Assembly: GCA_963734535.1 (NCBI GenBank)
Contig: CAVTHS010000011.1
Location: 128,001-192,000 of the forward strand
Reading direction: 5' to 3'
Source of the DNA: an uncultured Chloroflexia bacterium
GTDB lineage: Bacteria; Chloroflexota; Limnocylindria; Limnocylindrales; CSP1-4
DNA: 64,000 bases
Part shown: positions 29,989 to 40,526 of the stretch, one piece after another
Layout of the letters: every line of letters starts with the position of its first letter
Position numbering within the stretch: the first letter of the stretch is position 1
Notes under the pieces: generated by a model
What the model was told of the DNA's origin: nothing
Database searches by the model: none
Seen by the model: the letters and a program-made list of their open reading frames with translations, nothing else
Made by a program: the position numbers and the translations under genes

Positions 29989-30992
29989 GCGTCGAACCTC
30001 CCGTGCACGAGCGTTGCCACCATCGCCGACACTGCCTCGATCTGGCCCGGCGAGACTCGACAGCATCCGCCGACGATCGTCGCTCCCGCCTTGATCCAGC
30101 GGCGCGCGACGGGCCCATCGACCCCGGGGCCGGCAGCTCCGACCCACGTCTTCGAGTCCGGGTCCCAGCCCTCCCCGCTGTTCGGGTAGACGATCAGCGG
30201 CTTCGCCGTCGCGCCCCGGGCGCGGGCGAGCAGCTCGTCAACGAACTCCGGCCCCGTGCAGTTCACCCCGACCGCGAGCACGCGCGACGACTGCTCGGCC
30301 AGCGCGAACGCCTCCTCCACGGGCGCGCCGCTCCGGAGCCGGGCGCCGTCGGCGCACGAGAAGCTCAGCCAGCCTCGCGCGCCCGGCGTTGTCTCGAGCA
30401 GCTCGACGAGCGCGATCCCCTCCTCGAGCTCCGGGATCGTCTCGCAGGCGAGCAGGTCGGCCTCCGTGTCGGTCAGGATCTCGAGCCGCTCGCGATGGAA
30501 GTCGCGGAGCTGGGCAACGCTGCGCCCGTAGCGGCCGGTGTATTCGCCGCCATTCGCCTGGAACGCGCCGTACGGCCCGATCGACGCCGCCACCAGGAGT
30601 GGGCTGACGTCGCGGTGGGGCCGCTCGGCCTGCCAGGCCGCCCGCGCCTCGGACGCCAGCGCCACGCTCCGGCGCAGGAGGCCGATCGCGCCCGCGTGGT
30701 CGATCCCGCGAGCGGCGAAGCCCTCGAACGTGGCCTGGTAGCTGGCGGTCGTCGCGACCGCGGCGCCCGCCCTGTAGAAGGCGAGATGGGCGCGCACGAT
30801 CTCGCCCGGGTTCTCCAGCAGCAGCCGGGCCGACCAGAGCGGGTCGGCCAGGCTGTTCCCCTGGGCCTCGAGCTGGGTCGCGAGTCCGCCGTCGAGGACC
30901 ACGATGCCGCGCAGCGCGAGGATCGGCGCGAACGGGTCGTCGGCGAGCGCGCCCGGGTCCGACGGCCCCTCGTTGGCGTGGACGCCGTGCAT
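29985..30992 (-). CDS. mmuM: Homocysteine S-methyltransferase
   Basis: LDGGLATQLE, LWSARLL, SIGPYGA, GVNC, YPNSGE, GGCC. Confidence 0.93.
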   Translation of the reverse strand: MHGVHANEGPSDPGALADDPFAPILALRGIVVLDGGLATQLEAQGNSLADPLWSARLLLENPGEIVRAHLAFYRAGAAVATTASYQATFEGFAARGIDHAGAIGLLRRSVALASEARAAWQAERPHRDVSPLLVAASIGPYGAFQANGGEYTGRYGRSVAQLRDFHRERLEILTDTEADLLACETIPELEEGIALVELLETTPGARGWLSFSCADGARLRSGAPVEEAFALAEQSSRVLAVGVNCTGPEFVDELLARARGATAKPLIVYPNSGEGWDPDSKTWVGAAGPGVDGPVARRWIKAGATIVGGCCRVSPGQIEAVSAMVATLVHGRFDA

Positions 30993-31454
30993 TCAGCCGG
31001 CGCCGCCGATGTCCAGCTGGTAGGCCTCCCAGACGAGGTCCGCGCCGTGCTGCCGATGGCGGATCAGGCGGCCCATGAGCCGCTGGAGGTCGTCGCGCAG
31101 GGCGTTCAGATCGGTCGCCTCCGGGAACGGCGTATCGAAGCGTGCGATCGCGTCGCCGATCGCGCCCGTCAGCGGTGGGTGCTCCTCGCGGAGCCGGCGA
31201 GCCTTGCCCTGCACGTGGGGCGCGATCTCCTCCATCTCGTCGTACAGGCCGCCGGTGGCTTCGGTCTCGGCAACGTGCTCGGCGAACGCTTCGCGCAGGC
31301 CCAGGAGGCGTGCCGTCACGCCCAGGCGCCAGCGTTCGGGATCGTGAACGGAGGACGCGACCGCGTCCTCGAGGACCACGAGCGCGTCCCGCAGCTCGCG
31401 CCGCCGTCGCGCCGCCGCTTCAAGAGCCTGGGTTGCCTGGTTCTCCTGGTTCAC
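30993..31454 (-). CDS. Hemerythrin-like helical protein
   Basis: FAEHVAETE, LREEH, RHRQHGADLVWEAY. Confidence 0.6.
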   Translation of the reverse strand: MNQENQATQALEAAARRRRELRDALVVLEDAVASSVHDPERWRLGVTARLLGLREAFAEHVAETEATGGLYDEMEEIAPHVQGKARRLREEHPPLTGAIGDAIARFDTPFPEATDLNALRDDLQRLMGRLIRHRQHGADLVWEAYQLDIGGAG

Positions 31455-31502
31455 GGGATCGCCTCCGGGTGGCGGGCTGTCGCCCGCCCATGGTAGGCCC
31501 GG

Positions 31503-32054
31503 TCAGGGTTCCCGGCGAGGTCGGACTGCGATCGGCCCGATCACCTCGCGCCAGGCCCGCGTGAGGGCCCGGAACTCGGCGGCGGGAATCCGCTCGACCG
31601 CGACCACGGCGGCCGCGGTCTCGGCGGCGCACTCGGCTGCCAGGCGCCGCAGCGCGGCGTCGGGAAGCTCGACGAGCGCCGCCAGGGCGGCGTCCCGCGC
31701 CCCGGTCGCGGCCGCGAGGGCGACCACGTCGCGCTCGTTGGCGAATGCCCGGTCGCGGGCTCGTCGCGCCGCGGCCGGGGCCTTGCTGGCCCGCGGGTCG
31801 TAGTCCAGGGCGACACGCCGGGCCGCCTCCAGCCGTGCCGCCTCGTCGGGGTCCAGCGACCCGGCCCGAGCCACGATCCCGACGACGATCTCTGCGCGGG
31901 GCCCATAGGCGCCGGTCGCGCAGATCTCGACGACCCGCCGGCGCCGGCGCCGCCCATCGAGGAGGTGGAACGCGGCAAGGATCCCGAACCCGCCGAGGAG
32001 CACAACCCAGACGAGCAGCTCGGAGGCGAGGTCGCGAACCTGGGCTGCGGTCAT
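31503..32054 (-). CDS. Hypothetical protein with N-terminal TM helix
   Basis: ATG 6 nt after CACAAT; one hydrophobic helix; Ala-rich helical domain. Confidence 0.6.
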   Translation of the reverse strand: MTAAQVRDLASELLVWVVLLGGFGILAAFHLLDGRRRRRRVVEICATGAYGPRAEIVVGIVARAGSLDPDEAARLEAARRVALDYDPRASKAPAAARRARDRAFANERDVVALAAATGARDAALAALVELPDAALRRLAAECAAETAAAVVAVERIPAAEFRALTRAWREVIGPIAVRPRREP

Positions 32055-32148
32055 GCGTGGATTGTGGGGGACGCGGTCCAGCGTGGCCCGGCGGTCAGGC
32101 TGGAGCCAGCGGCCGGTCTTCGTCGGACCGCCGCCCAGGTTCGGGGCG

Positions 32149-33084
32149 TCAGCGCCGCCCCGCCGCGTCGAAACGCTCGGACTCGCTCGTGAGCCGGTCC
32201 AGCTCGTCCGGCGCCAGGGCCAGGTCCGCCGCCGCGGCGTTCTGCTCCAGCTGCTCCAGCGTCCGGGCTCCGGGGATCGCGGCCGTGTTCGGATGCGCGA
32301 TGACCCACGCGAGGGCCACCTGCGCCGGGGTGGCGCCATGGGCCACCGCGATCTCGCGGACGGCCGCCAGAAGCGGCTGAGCGCGGCGAAGCGCGGCGTC
32401 GCGAAACAGCGGGTTCATGCGCCGCGTGCCACTGCGGCGCTGCGCCGGATCGTCGGCGGCCAGGAACGCCTGCCCGAGCGGGCTGTAGGCGATGACCAGC
32501 CTGTCGCGCTCGGCGGCGTACGGGACCAGGTCCCAGTGGGGCGACGGGGTCGCCAGGCTGAAGCGCACCTGGTTCGAGATCACCGGCCGCCGAAGCGCCG
32601 ACTCGAGGGCCCGCCAGCGCCCGAGACCGTGGTTGCTCACGCCGACGCGGCGCGCGAGCCCCGCATCGAGGACGCGCCGCAGGCCGGCGGCCTGGGTGCG
32701 GACCGGAACGATCGGGTTCGGCCAGTGGAGCTGGTAGAGGTCGAGCGCGGCAACCTCCAGGCGATCGCGGCTGGAGGCCGCCCGCGACACCATGATCGAG
32801 GGCAGTGGCAGGATCGGCAGCAGCTTCGTGGCAACGAACGCTCGGGCCGCGAGATCCGGGCCGGCCGCGGCGAGGCCGCGCGCGACGATCCGTTCCGACT
32901 CGCCGAAGCCGTAGACCTCCGCGGTGTCGATCAGCGTGACGCCGAGCTCCAGCGCGCGCCGGACCATGGCCGGGGCCTCGTGCGCCGCGTATTCCGCCCC
33001 GTAGCCCCATTCGCGCGACCCGAACTGCCACGTGCCCAGGCCGATGACGGAGACCCGAACGCCGCCGACCTCGAGATACCTCAT
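32149..33084 (-). CDS. Aldo/keto reductase
   Basis: GLGTWQFG, IDTAEVYG, DLYQLHWP, AYSPLG, IPGA. Confidence 0.93.
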   Translation of the reverse strand: MRYLEVGGVRVSVIGLGTWQFGSREWGYGAEYAAHEAPAMVRRALELGVTLIDTAEVYGFGESERIVARGLAAAGPDLAARAFVATKLLPILPLPSIMVSRAASSRDRLEVAALDLYQLHWPNPIVPVRTQAAGLRRVLDAGLARRVGVSNHGLGRWRALESALRRPVISNQVRFSLATPSPHWDLVPYAAERDRLVIAYSPLGQAFLAADDPAQRRSGTRRMNPLFRDAALRRAQPLLAAVREIAVAHGATPAQVALAWVIAHPNTAAIPGARTLEQLEQNAAAADLALAPDELDRLTSESERFDAAGRR

Positions 33085-33142
33085 GTCCTCACCTGCTCCC
33101 GGCGGCTCGGATCGGTGCGCGCGCCCGGGTTGGCCGGGGCCG

Positions 33143-34168
33143 TCAGTACGAGTGTTCGTCAAGGTGCACGGGACCCCGGAACGTCCGGTAGATCCAGGCC
33201 GTGTAGGCGAGCACGAACGGGAAGCCGACCACCGTGATCACCAGCATCACGGTCAGGGTCAGGTCGGATGAAGCGGTCGTCGACACGGCCAGCGAGACGC
33301 CCTGGTCGCGCGCCGGCACCAGGTTCGGCCAGAGGCCGATCCCGAGCGTGGCGATCATGGCGGCAATGGCGGCCGACGACGCGGCGAACGCGGCGACGAC
33401 CCGGCCACGCCGGACCAGGACCGGGAATGCAAGGAGTGCCGCGACCAGGGCAATCGGCGCAAGCCAGGCCGGGATGAACCCGAACCCATCCCAGAGCGCC
33501 GGCGCCTCGGATCGGGACCAGGCTGTCACGACGACCCACAGGACGAGCGTCGCGGCCATGCCGACGTTCGCCGTCCGTCGCGCGCGGTCGCGAACGTCGC
33601 CCTCCGTCTTGGTGAGCAGCCAGGCGGAACCCTGCATCAGGAACATCGCCGCGGACAGAAGGCCCACGGAGAGCGCGAACGGCGACAGCAGCCCCGTGAA
33701 CGTGCCCGCGTAGTCGCCCTGGCCGTCGAGCGGCACGCCGCGCATGACGTTGCCGATCGCGACCCCGAACAGGACCGCCGGCAGGAGCGAGCCGACGCAG
33801 AATGCGACGTCCCAGGTCGTCCGCCATGCCCGTCCCCGTTCCTTCGAGCGGAACTCGAGCGAGACCGCCCGCAGGATCAGGGCCGCCAGCACCAGCATCA
33901 GGGCCAGGTAGAAGCCCGAGAAGACCGTCGCGTAGACCTTCGGGAACGCCGCGAACAGGGCGCCACCGGCCGTGATGAGCCAGACCTCGTTCCCGTCCCA
34001 GACCGGCCCGATGCTGTTCATGAGGATCCGGCGCTCGTCGTCCGTGCGTGCCGTCGTCAGGTGCTGCATGCCGACGCCCAGGTCGAACCCGTCGAGGATC
34101 GCGTAGCCAACCAGGAGCACCCCGATGAGGAGGAACCAGGCGGCCTGGAGGAATCCGTTCTCGGCCAT
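33143..34168 (-). CDS. cydB: Cytochrome bd oxidase subunit II
   Basis: LDGFDLGVG, PVWDGNEVWL, YRTFRG. Confidence 0.96.
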   Translation of the reverse strand: MAENGFLQAAWFLLIGVLLVGYAILDGFDLGVGMQHLTTARTDDERRILMNSIGPVWDGNEVWLITAGGALFAAFPKVYATVFSGFYLALMLVLAALILRAVSLEFRSKERGRAWRTTWDVAFCVGSLLPAVLFGVAIGNVMRGVPLDGQGDYAGTFTGLLSPFALSVGLLSAAMFLMQGSAWLLTKTEGDVRDRARRTANVGMAATLVLWVVVTAWSRSEAPALWDGFGFIPAWLAPIALVAALLAFPVLVRRGRVVAAFAASSAAIAAMIATLGIGLWPNLVPARDQGVSLAVSTTASSDLTLTVMLVITVVGFPFVLAYTAWIYRTFRGPVHLDEHSY

Positions 34169-34180
34169 CGTCGTGCCTCC

Positions 34181-35590
34181 CTACGCCACGTCCTGGCCCG
34201 CCCGGAGGGCGATCTCGTGTCTCGGCAGCTCGTCGAGCGCGGCGTCATCGCCCCCATCGCCGGGCGCCGGCGCCGGACCGTGACCCAGCTCGCGACGCAT
34301 GAGGTAGAGCCACAGCGCCCCGAGGAGGACGTACAGCCCCACCAGCAGGCCCAGCGAGATGGCGACCTGCTCGGCGGGCACGACCCTGCTCACGCCATCG
34401 GCCGTTCGCATCACGCCGTAGACGATCCATGGCTGGCGACCGATCTCCGCCGTCGCCCAGCCCAGCTGGATCGCGATCAGCGGGAGCGGCGTCGCCAGCA
34501 CCGCCGCCCGGAGCCAGAAGGGTCGCCGGAAGAGGCTCCGTTGCCACAGGTAATAGGCGCCGAAGGCCATCACGAGCAGCATCAACGTGCCGAGCAGGAC
34601 CATGTTGTGGTACGAGAGGAAGCTCAGCGCGATCGGCGGCCAGTCCTGCGCCGGGAACTGGTCGAGCCCCGCGACCGGCGCGTTCCAGTCGCCGTACGTC
34701 ATGAACGAGAGAAGGCGCGCCACCTGGAGCTCCGGTCCCTGCGGGATGTCGGCCGGGTTCTGCGTCGGCGGCAGCGCGAAGATCGTCATCGGGACGCCGG
34801 CCGACGTCGAGTAGATGGCCATGATCCCGGCGAACTTCGCGGGCTGCGTCCTGGCCACCTGCTTGGCGCTCATGTCGCCGGTGGCGAACATGGCGGCCGA
34901 CCCGACGAAGGCGGTGACGAGCGCGATCGGCACCACGGCCCGCGCCACCGAGAGGTGCCTCCGCTTGAGGACGTACCAGGCCGAGACGCCCAGGGCGAGG
35001 AAGGCGCCGGCCGTGAGGGCCGAGGCCACGGTGTGCAGGTACCGCGGAACGATCGACGGATTGAGGGCAGCCGCGAAGAAGTCCGTCAGCCGGGCGCGCC
35101 CATCGACGATCTGGTAGCCGGCCGGCGTCTGCATCCAGCTGTTCGCGATCAGGATCCAGACCGCCGAGAGGAGCGTTCCGACGACGACCATGAGCGCCGC
35201 GAACCAGCGGACGCGGGAGCTGATCCGACCCTGGCCGAAGAGGAGCAGGCCCAGGAACGAGGACTCGAGGAAGAAGGCCAGGATCCCCTCGGCCGCCAGC
35301 GGGGCGCCGAAGATGTCGCCCACGAACGCGGAGTACTGCGCCCAGTTGGTCCCGAACTGGAACTCCATGACGAGGCCGGAGGCGACCCCGACGACGAAGG
35401 TCAGGGCGAAGATCCGGGTCCAGAACGCGGCGGCCCGATCGTACGTCTCGGCCTTCCCGTGGCGATTCCGGACCCGCAGCGTCTCGAGCACGAGAACGAT
35501 CGCCCCGATCCCGATCGAGATGCTGGGGAAGAAGAAGTGGAACCCGATCGTGATCGCGAACTGGATCCGGGCAAGCTGCTCGACGTCCAC
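34181..35590 (-). CDS. cydA: Cytochrome bd oxidase subunit I
   Basis: ARIQFA...FHFFFP, EFQFGTNW, ANSWMQTP, QPAK, EIGRQPW. Confidence 0.96.
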   Translation of the reverse strand: MDVEQLARIQFAITIGFHFFFPSISIGIGAIVLVLETLRVRNRHGKAETYDRAAAFWTRIFALTFVVGVASGLVMEFQFGTNWAQYSAFVGDIFGAPLAAEGILAFFLESSFLGLLLFGQGRISSRVRWFAALMVVVGTLLSAVWILIANSWMQTPAGYQIVDGRARLTDFFAAALNPSIVPRYLHTVASALTAGAFLALGVSAWYVLKRRHLSVARAVVPIALVTAFVGSAAMFATGDMSAKQVARTQPAKFAGIMAIYSTSAGVPMTIFALPPTQNPADIPQGPELQVARLLSFMTYGDWNAPVAGLDQFPAQDWPPIALSFLSYHNMVLLGTLMLLVMAFGAYYLWQRSLFRRPFWLRAAVLATPLPLIAIQLGWATAEIGRQPWIVYGVMRTADGVSRVVPAEQVAISLGLLVGLYVLLGALWLYLMRRELGHGPAPAPGDGGDDAALDELPRHEIALRAGQDVA

Positions 35591-35719
35591 GCGCTGACCT
35601 CCACCAATGCGGCCGTCGCACTGTGGCCCGAGCGCCCCAAGCCCCGGTAGCGCCGCGCGGCCCGGACGGTCAGGCCGAAGGGCACGCGGCGAGGGCCATC
35701 GTGCCCGGTCGCCGCCGCG

Positions 35720-37132
35720 TCAGTCGGCGTCGGTCCGCACGTAGCGCCGGCCGATCAGGGCGAACGCGGGAAGCCGTCCAAGCCAGGCGGAGAGCGGCTG
35801 CGTTGGCCGCCCCTCCCTGCCGGCGATCGCGAGGCGGGCGTTCGCCTCGTCGCCGCTGGGTCGCGCGTCCACGATCGCCAGGTCGATCGCGACCCGGCCG
35901 GGGATGCCTTCGCCGAGAGTGGCGATGGCCTCCGCCGGGGGCGGTCCGACCTCGTACTCCGCACGCACCTCGGCCTCGGCGCGCCAGCGGGGCCGGCGGA
36001 GCAGGATCCGCGACCAGGTCGCGGCGACGTCCGGCGTCACGTGCCCGTCGCCGGGCCTGGGCGCCTGCCCGACCTCCAGCCCGCGGGCCCAGCGGGCGGC
36101 CCGGTGGAGGAGCGCGTACTCGTCGAGGTCCGCGAAGCCGGCCAGGTCGTCCGCGGGCGAGGCGTCCCCGAAGAGCGCGGCGATCGACGTCGCGAAGACG
36201 CCCGCCAGGTCGAGGTCGATTCCCCGCACCGTCCGGTGGAAGTAGACCTGCTGGTACATGAACAGGCGTGCCGTCAGGAACATCTCCAGGGCGCTGATGC
36301 CGGACTCGTAGAGGGTCAGCCCGCGTTCGGAGATGAAGGCGTAGCGCCGCAGCCGCTCGGCGTCCACCGGTCCGGCCGAGACGCCCGTCAGGTAGGCGTC
36401 GCGCCGGACGTAGTCCAGGTTGTCGACCGTGAACACGCCGGAGAGCAGGGGCTGGAGCCAGCGGACCCAGAGCGGCATGGCCGCGTCGTCCAGGGGCGGC
36501 TTCGAGATGAGGAACGCCACCCAGGCCGGGTCGATCTCCTCGCCGGGCTCGATCGCGTCGCGCCCGGGCACCCCGCCCGGCGCCCGTCGGAGGCCGCGGA
36601 TCAGGGGTGCCAGCTCCCTGGTCACGATGAGCTGCGAGAGGTCCTCGTGGGAGAGCGCCTTCGGGCCGCTGCGCCGCTCGTCGTGTGGCGCCGGGAAGCG
36701 CGCCAGCACGTGCTCGTCGTAGAAGTGGGCGAACGGGCCGTGACCAACGTCGTGGAGCAGGCCCGCCACGCGGAGCGTCTCGACCACCAGCCCCTCCGAC
36801 GGGACGGGCCCTGCGGCCGCCGCGGTCGCCAGCGCGTCGGCGAGCGACGGGTAGAGCTGGCGTGCCCACAGGCCCGCCTCGTGCATCACGCCAAGGCCGT
36901 GCGTGAACCGCGAATGCTCCGCGGTGGGAAAGACCCAGCGCGCGCTCTGGAGCTGGCTGATCCTGCGCAGGCGCTGCAGCCAGACGGTGTCGAGGAGATC
37001 CTCCTCCGCCGTCTCCTCGTCCGGGAGCCCGGCCGCCATGGCGGCCCCCGACGAGAGACGCTTCGTCAGCTCGATGTAGCCGTGGATCGGGTCGCTGATC
37101 AGGTTGACGGCGGCGAAGCGGGCCGGTCGCAT
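35720..37132 (-). CDS. HD-domain phosphohydrolase (SAMHD1/EF1143/YwfO-like dNTP triphosphohydrolase)
   Basis: DPIHGYI, QRLRRISQL, HSRFTHGLG, LLHDVGHGPFAH, DNLDYVRRD, MYQQVYFH. Confidence 0.88.
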   Translation of the reverse strand: MRPARFAAVNLISDPIHGYIELTKRLSSGAAMAAGLPDEETAEEDLLDTVWLQRLRRISQLQSARWVFPTAEHSRFTHGLGVMHEAGLWARQLYPSLADALATAAAAGPVPSEGLVVETLRVAGLLHDVGHGPFAHFYDEHVLARFPAPHDERRSGPKALSHEDLSQLIVTRELAPLIRGLRRAPGGVPGRDAIEPGEEIDPAWVAFLISKPPLDDAAMPLWVRWLQPLLSGVFTVDNLDYVRRDAYLTGVSAGPVDAERLRRYAFISERGLTLYESGISALEMFLTARLFMYQQVYFHRTVRGIDLDLAGVFATSIAALFGDASPADDLAGFADLDEYALLHRAARWARGLEVGQAPRPGDGHVTPDVAATWSRILLRRPRWRAEAEVRAEYEVGPPPAEAIATLGEGIPGRVAIDLAIVDARPSGDEANARLAIAGREGRPTQPLSAWLGRLPAFALIGRRYVRTDAD

Positions 37133-37155
37133 GGCTCGATTGTGGCCCTTCGCGA

Positions 37156-38163
37156 TCACCCGCGTGGGTAGCGCTCGGCGGCTCCATGGACGATCCCGCC
37201 GATCTCGCGGCGGAGCGCTTCGGGCTGGATGACCTCGACGTCGGCGCCCCAGCCGAGGATCCAGGGCCGGATCTCCAGCGTGCCGGATACCCGCGCGCGC
37301 CAGGTCAGGGAGCCGTCGGCGCTCCTCGCAAGCGTCTGGGTCGGGTGCCAGGTCGTCTCGGCCACGCGCGACGCGACAGATGGTGCGAAGCGCAGGACGA
37401 CCTCCACCACGGCCTGGTCGGCCACGATCCCCCACGCTCGGTCGAGTGCCGCCTCGATCTCGCCATCGGGCGGCGGCTCGAACTCGACGGGAGTCATGGC
37501 CAGGCTGCGGATCCGCTCGAGCTTGAAGGTGCGAATCCCGCCTTTCGTCTCGTCGTAGCCGATCAGGTAGAGCGCGTGCGTGTCGGCCGAGGGCTCGATG
37601 AGATACGGCCGGACGCGGGCCGCGCGCGGCCGGCGGGTGGGGTCGTAGGTGCTTGGGTCGTAGGTCAGCTCCACGACCCGCCGCTCCGCCCATGCCTGCG
37701 TCAGCAGCCGCAGGTTGCGGCTCCCCACGGGGTCCAGCGGCCGGGCGGCCATCACGTCGAGGGTTCGCTGCACGTGGCGGGCAAGGACCGGCGGCAGGGC
37801 CTCCCCGAGCTTCTGGAACGCTGCCGCCAGGTCGGGGTCGTATGAATCTGCGTAGCGCGCCATCAGGCGGGCCGCCAGGAAGACGGCCATCGCCTCAGCG
37901 CGGGTCAGCCGGAACGCGGGCAGGAAGGCCCGATCCTCGATTCCCCACCGGCCGCCCTCCGCCCAGAGCGGGATATCCAGCTCGTCCTGGAGGGCCCGAA
38001 GGTCGCGGTAGGCATTCCTCCTGGACATCCCGACGAAGGCGGCGATCTGGTCGGGCGTCGCGCCCTCCGAGTGTGCCTCGAGATAGGTCGTCACGCGGTA
38101 GAAGCGGGCCAGTCGGTCACGCTTGCGCCCGGCCGCGTCGGTGCCCGAATCCCAGCGATCCAT
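37156..38163 (-). CDS. HTH-WYL-WCX transcriptional regulator
   Basis: N-terminal HTH (RRNAYRDLRAL); LYLIGYD...RTFKLERI; WILGWGADVEVIQPEALR. Confidence 0.92.
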   Translation of the reverse strand: MDRWDSGTDAAGRKRDRLARFYRVTTYLEAHSEGATPDQIAAFVGMSRRNAYRDLRALQDELDIPLWAEGGRWGIEDRAFLPAFRLTRAEAMAVFLAARLMARYADSYDPDLAAAFQKLGEALPPVLARHVQRTLDVMAARPLDPVGSRNLRLLTQAWAERRVVELTYDPSTYDPTRRPRAARVRPYLIEPSADTHALYLIGYDETKGGIRTFKLERIRSLAMTPVEFEPPPDGEIEAALDRAWGIVADQAVVEVVLRFAPSVASRVAETTWHPTQTLARSADGSLTWRARVSGTLEIRPWILGWGADVEVIQPEALRREIGGIVHGAAERYPRG

Positions 38164-38179
38164 GGGGTCGTCCTTCCCG

Positions 38180-39364
38180 TCAGCGCGCAGGCGCCACGAT
38201 CGTGATCGAGCTGCCGCGCTCCGTGGCGATCATGCTCGCGTCGAGACGGCCGCGGATGGCGCCGGCCTGCAGCGTGAATCCCTCGCCCTCGATCCAGGCG
38301 TCCGCCCGGCCCAGCTGGCCGTCCGTGAAGATCCAGTACTCGAGCTCGCCCCGCCACCGGTGCAGATCGGCGTCTCCCGCGAGCCAGCGGACCTGGGGGA
38401 AGGCCCGCCGGAAGGTATCGCCGTCGATCGCCAGGCGGCAGTGCCGCGCTCGTGCGCCCTCCACGTATGCGATCCCGATCTCCTCCGCTGCGGCGCGGGC
38501 CTCCGTGTCGAGGGCCTCGCGAAGGACGGCCAGATCGATCGATTCGTCCTCGACGGCCGATCCGGGCACGCTGCCCCAGGAGCCGCCGGGCTCGCGCAGC
38601 CATCCCTGCGTCGCCACGAGCGCGGCCCCACCGAGCCCGAGCGCCCGGACGGTCGCGACCTCGGACGTCCACGAGAAGTCGAGGCCCGCCCGCGCGCCGC
38701 GGACCCGGGCCCCACCTATCGGGCGCAGGTCGATGGAGCCGCTCAGCGTCAGCGAGAGCCGGGCGCTGCTCCCGGCGGTGATGAGCGCGTCACAGGTCGG
38801 CGGAAGCAGGCTCGGATCGGTGGGTCCGAACTGGGACGACCCCGCGGGCTTCCCGGCGAGGGCCAGGTTGTTCCCGACCGCGACGGACGCCAGCAGGCTC
38901 GCGGTGAAGAGGGCGGTCCCGAGCCCGGCGCCCAGTGATGCCGCCAGCCTGGGCCGACGCGGCGCGCCCGGCCCGAAGACCCGCCTGGCGACGCCAAGGG
39001 CCGCGAAGAGCGAGGTCCCGAGGATCGCCAGGACCCACGGGTAGCCGGCCTCCAGCGATGGAACGAGCGTCTGGAGGCCGGCATCCGCGATCTGGCGCCA
39101 GAGGCTGGCCAGCGAGGGCAGGAGGACCAGGCCCGTTCCCACCGCGAGGCCCCCGATCAGGCGGAACGACTGCGCCCCGTGAGCGGCGGGTGGCCACACC
39201 ACCGCCGCCGACGCGATCCCGACCGGCACGAGCAGGGCGACGCCCACGAGGAGGTCGGCGGGTCCGCCGGGCCGGTAGGCCGCCAGGACGAGGAGGCTCG
39301 TGGCGGCCCACAGGGCGGTGAGGCTCGCCGCGAGCAGCCGCATCTCGAAGACCCGGGCGCGCAC
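38180..39364 (-). CDS. Multi-pass membrane protein with extracytoplasmic LppX/LolA-like domain (inferred)
   Basis: About 5 TM helices followed by a beta-rich domain (IAYVEGARARHC, YWIFTDGQL); TAGACT-N7-GTG start. Confidence 0.55.
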   Translation of the reverse strand: MRARVFEMRLLAASLTALWAATSLLVLAAYRPGGPADLLVGVALLVPVGIASAAVVWPPAAHGAQSFRLIGGLAVGTGLVLLPSLASLWRQIADAGLQTLVPSLEAGYPWVLAILGTSLFAALGVARRVFGPGAPRRPRLAASLGAGLGTALFTASLLASVAVGNNLALAGKPAGSSQFGPTDPSLLPPTCDALITAGSSARLSLTLSGSIDLRPIGGARVRGARAGLDFSWTSEVATVRALGLGGAALVATQGWLREPGGSWGSVPGSAVEDESIDLAVLREALDTEARAAAEEIGIAYVEGARARHCRLAIDGDTFRRAFPQVRWLAGDADLHRWRGELEYWIFTDGQLGRADAWIEGEGFTLQAGAIRGRLDASMIATERGSSITIVAPAR

Positions 39365-39499
39365 GTCCCCGAGTCTAGCCGAGCATTCACCCGGCGACGC
39401 TCCCGGTAGGACGGCGGGCGCTCCGGAGGGGGCGCTCCGGAGGGGTCGGCCGCTCGGGTACACTCTCGCCGGTCCCGACACGGAGGAGATGTGCGTACC

Positions 39500-40505
39500 A
39501 TGCGAACCTCATTCCGCCCCGCAGTGGCTCTCGCGCTCGTGGGCGCGCTGGTCGCCGCCTGTTCCGGCGCGGCGACGCCAACGCCCGCCCCATCCGCCGC
39601 CCCGTCGGTGGCGCCCTCGGTCGCCGCGTCGGCGGCCGCCTCCCCGAGCGAGGCGGTCGCGCCGAGCCCGAGCCCGAGCCCGTCGCCTGACCCATGTGCG
39701 CCGGCCAATCTGAAGCTCGTCACAGCCGGCACGCTGACGATCGGCACCGACAACCCCGCCTACCCGCCGTACTATGCCGTTCCCGCGACCGGGAACGCGC
39801 CCAAGCCGTGGCAGCTCGGCGATCCCACGAACGGCCAGGGCTTCGAGAGCGCCTTCGCCTACGCGCTGGCGGCCAAGCTCGGCTTCGCGAAGGACAAGGT
39901 CACCTGGATCGTGGTGCCCTTCGACTCTTCGTACGCCCCCGGCGCCAAGAAGTTCGACCTCGACATCAACCAGGTCTCCTACACGCCCGAGCGCGCCACC
40001 GCTGTCGACCTGTCGGACGGCTACTACTTCCTGTCGCAGTCGGTCGTCGCCCTCAAGACCAACCCGATCGTGAAGGTGACCTCGATCGCGGCCCTCACGG
40101 CATACAAGTTCGGGGCGCAGCAGGGCACCACGAGCTACGACACGATCCAGAACGTGATCAAGCCGACCGCCAAGACGTCCGTCTACTCGTCGAACGACGA
40201 CGCGATCTCGGCGCTCAAGGCCAAGCAGATCGACGCCATCGTGGTGGACCTGCCGACCGCCTTCTACGTCACGGCCGCCCAGATCACGGACGCCAAGGGC
40301 AACGCCCTGGCGAACATCGTGGGCCAGTTCCCGGTCCAGGCCGGGGCGGCCGCCGAGCACTTCAGCGCCGTGCTCGCGAAGGGCAGCCCGCTCACCGCGC
40401 TGCGTCAACGGGGCGATCGCGGCAATGAAGGCCGATGGGTCGCTGGACCAGGTCACGAAGGAGTGGCTCTCGGACAAGGCGTCGGCACCGATCTTCGCCC
40501 CGTAG
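39500..40505 (+). CDS. Polar amino-acid ABC transporter substrate-binding lipoprotein (frameshift near 40400)
   Basis: Lipobox VAAC; TIGTDNPAYPPY; FDLDINQVSYTPER; MKADGSLDQVTKEWL in the shifted frame. Confidence 0.88.
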
Positions 40506-40526
40506 CGGTCGTCGTTCCCGACCTCG

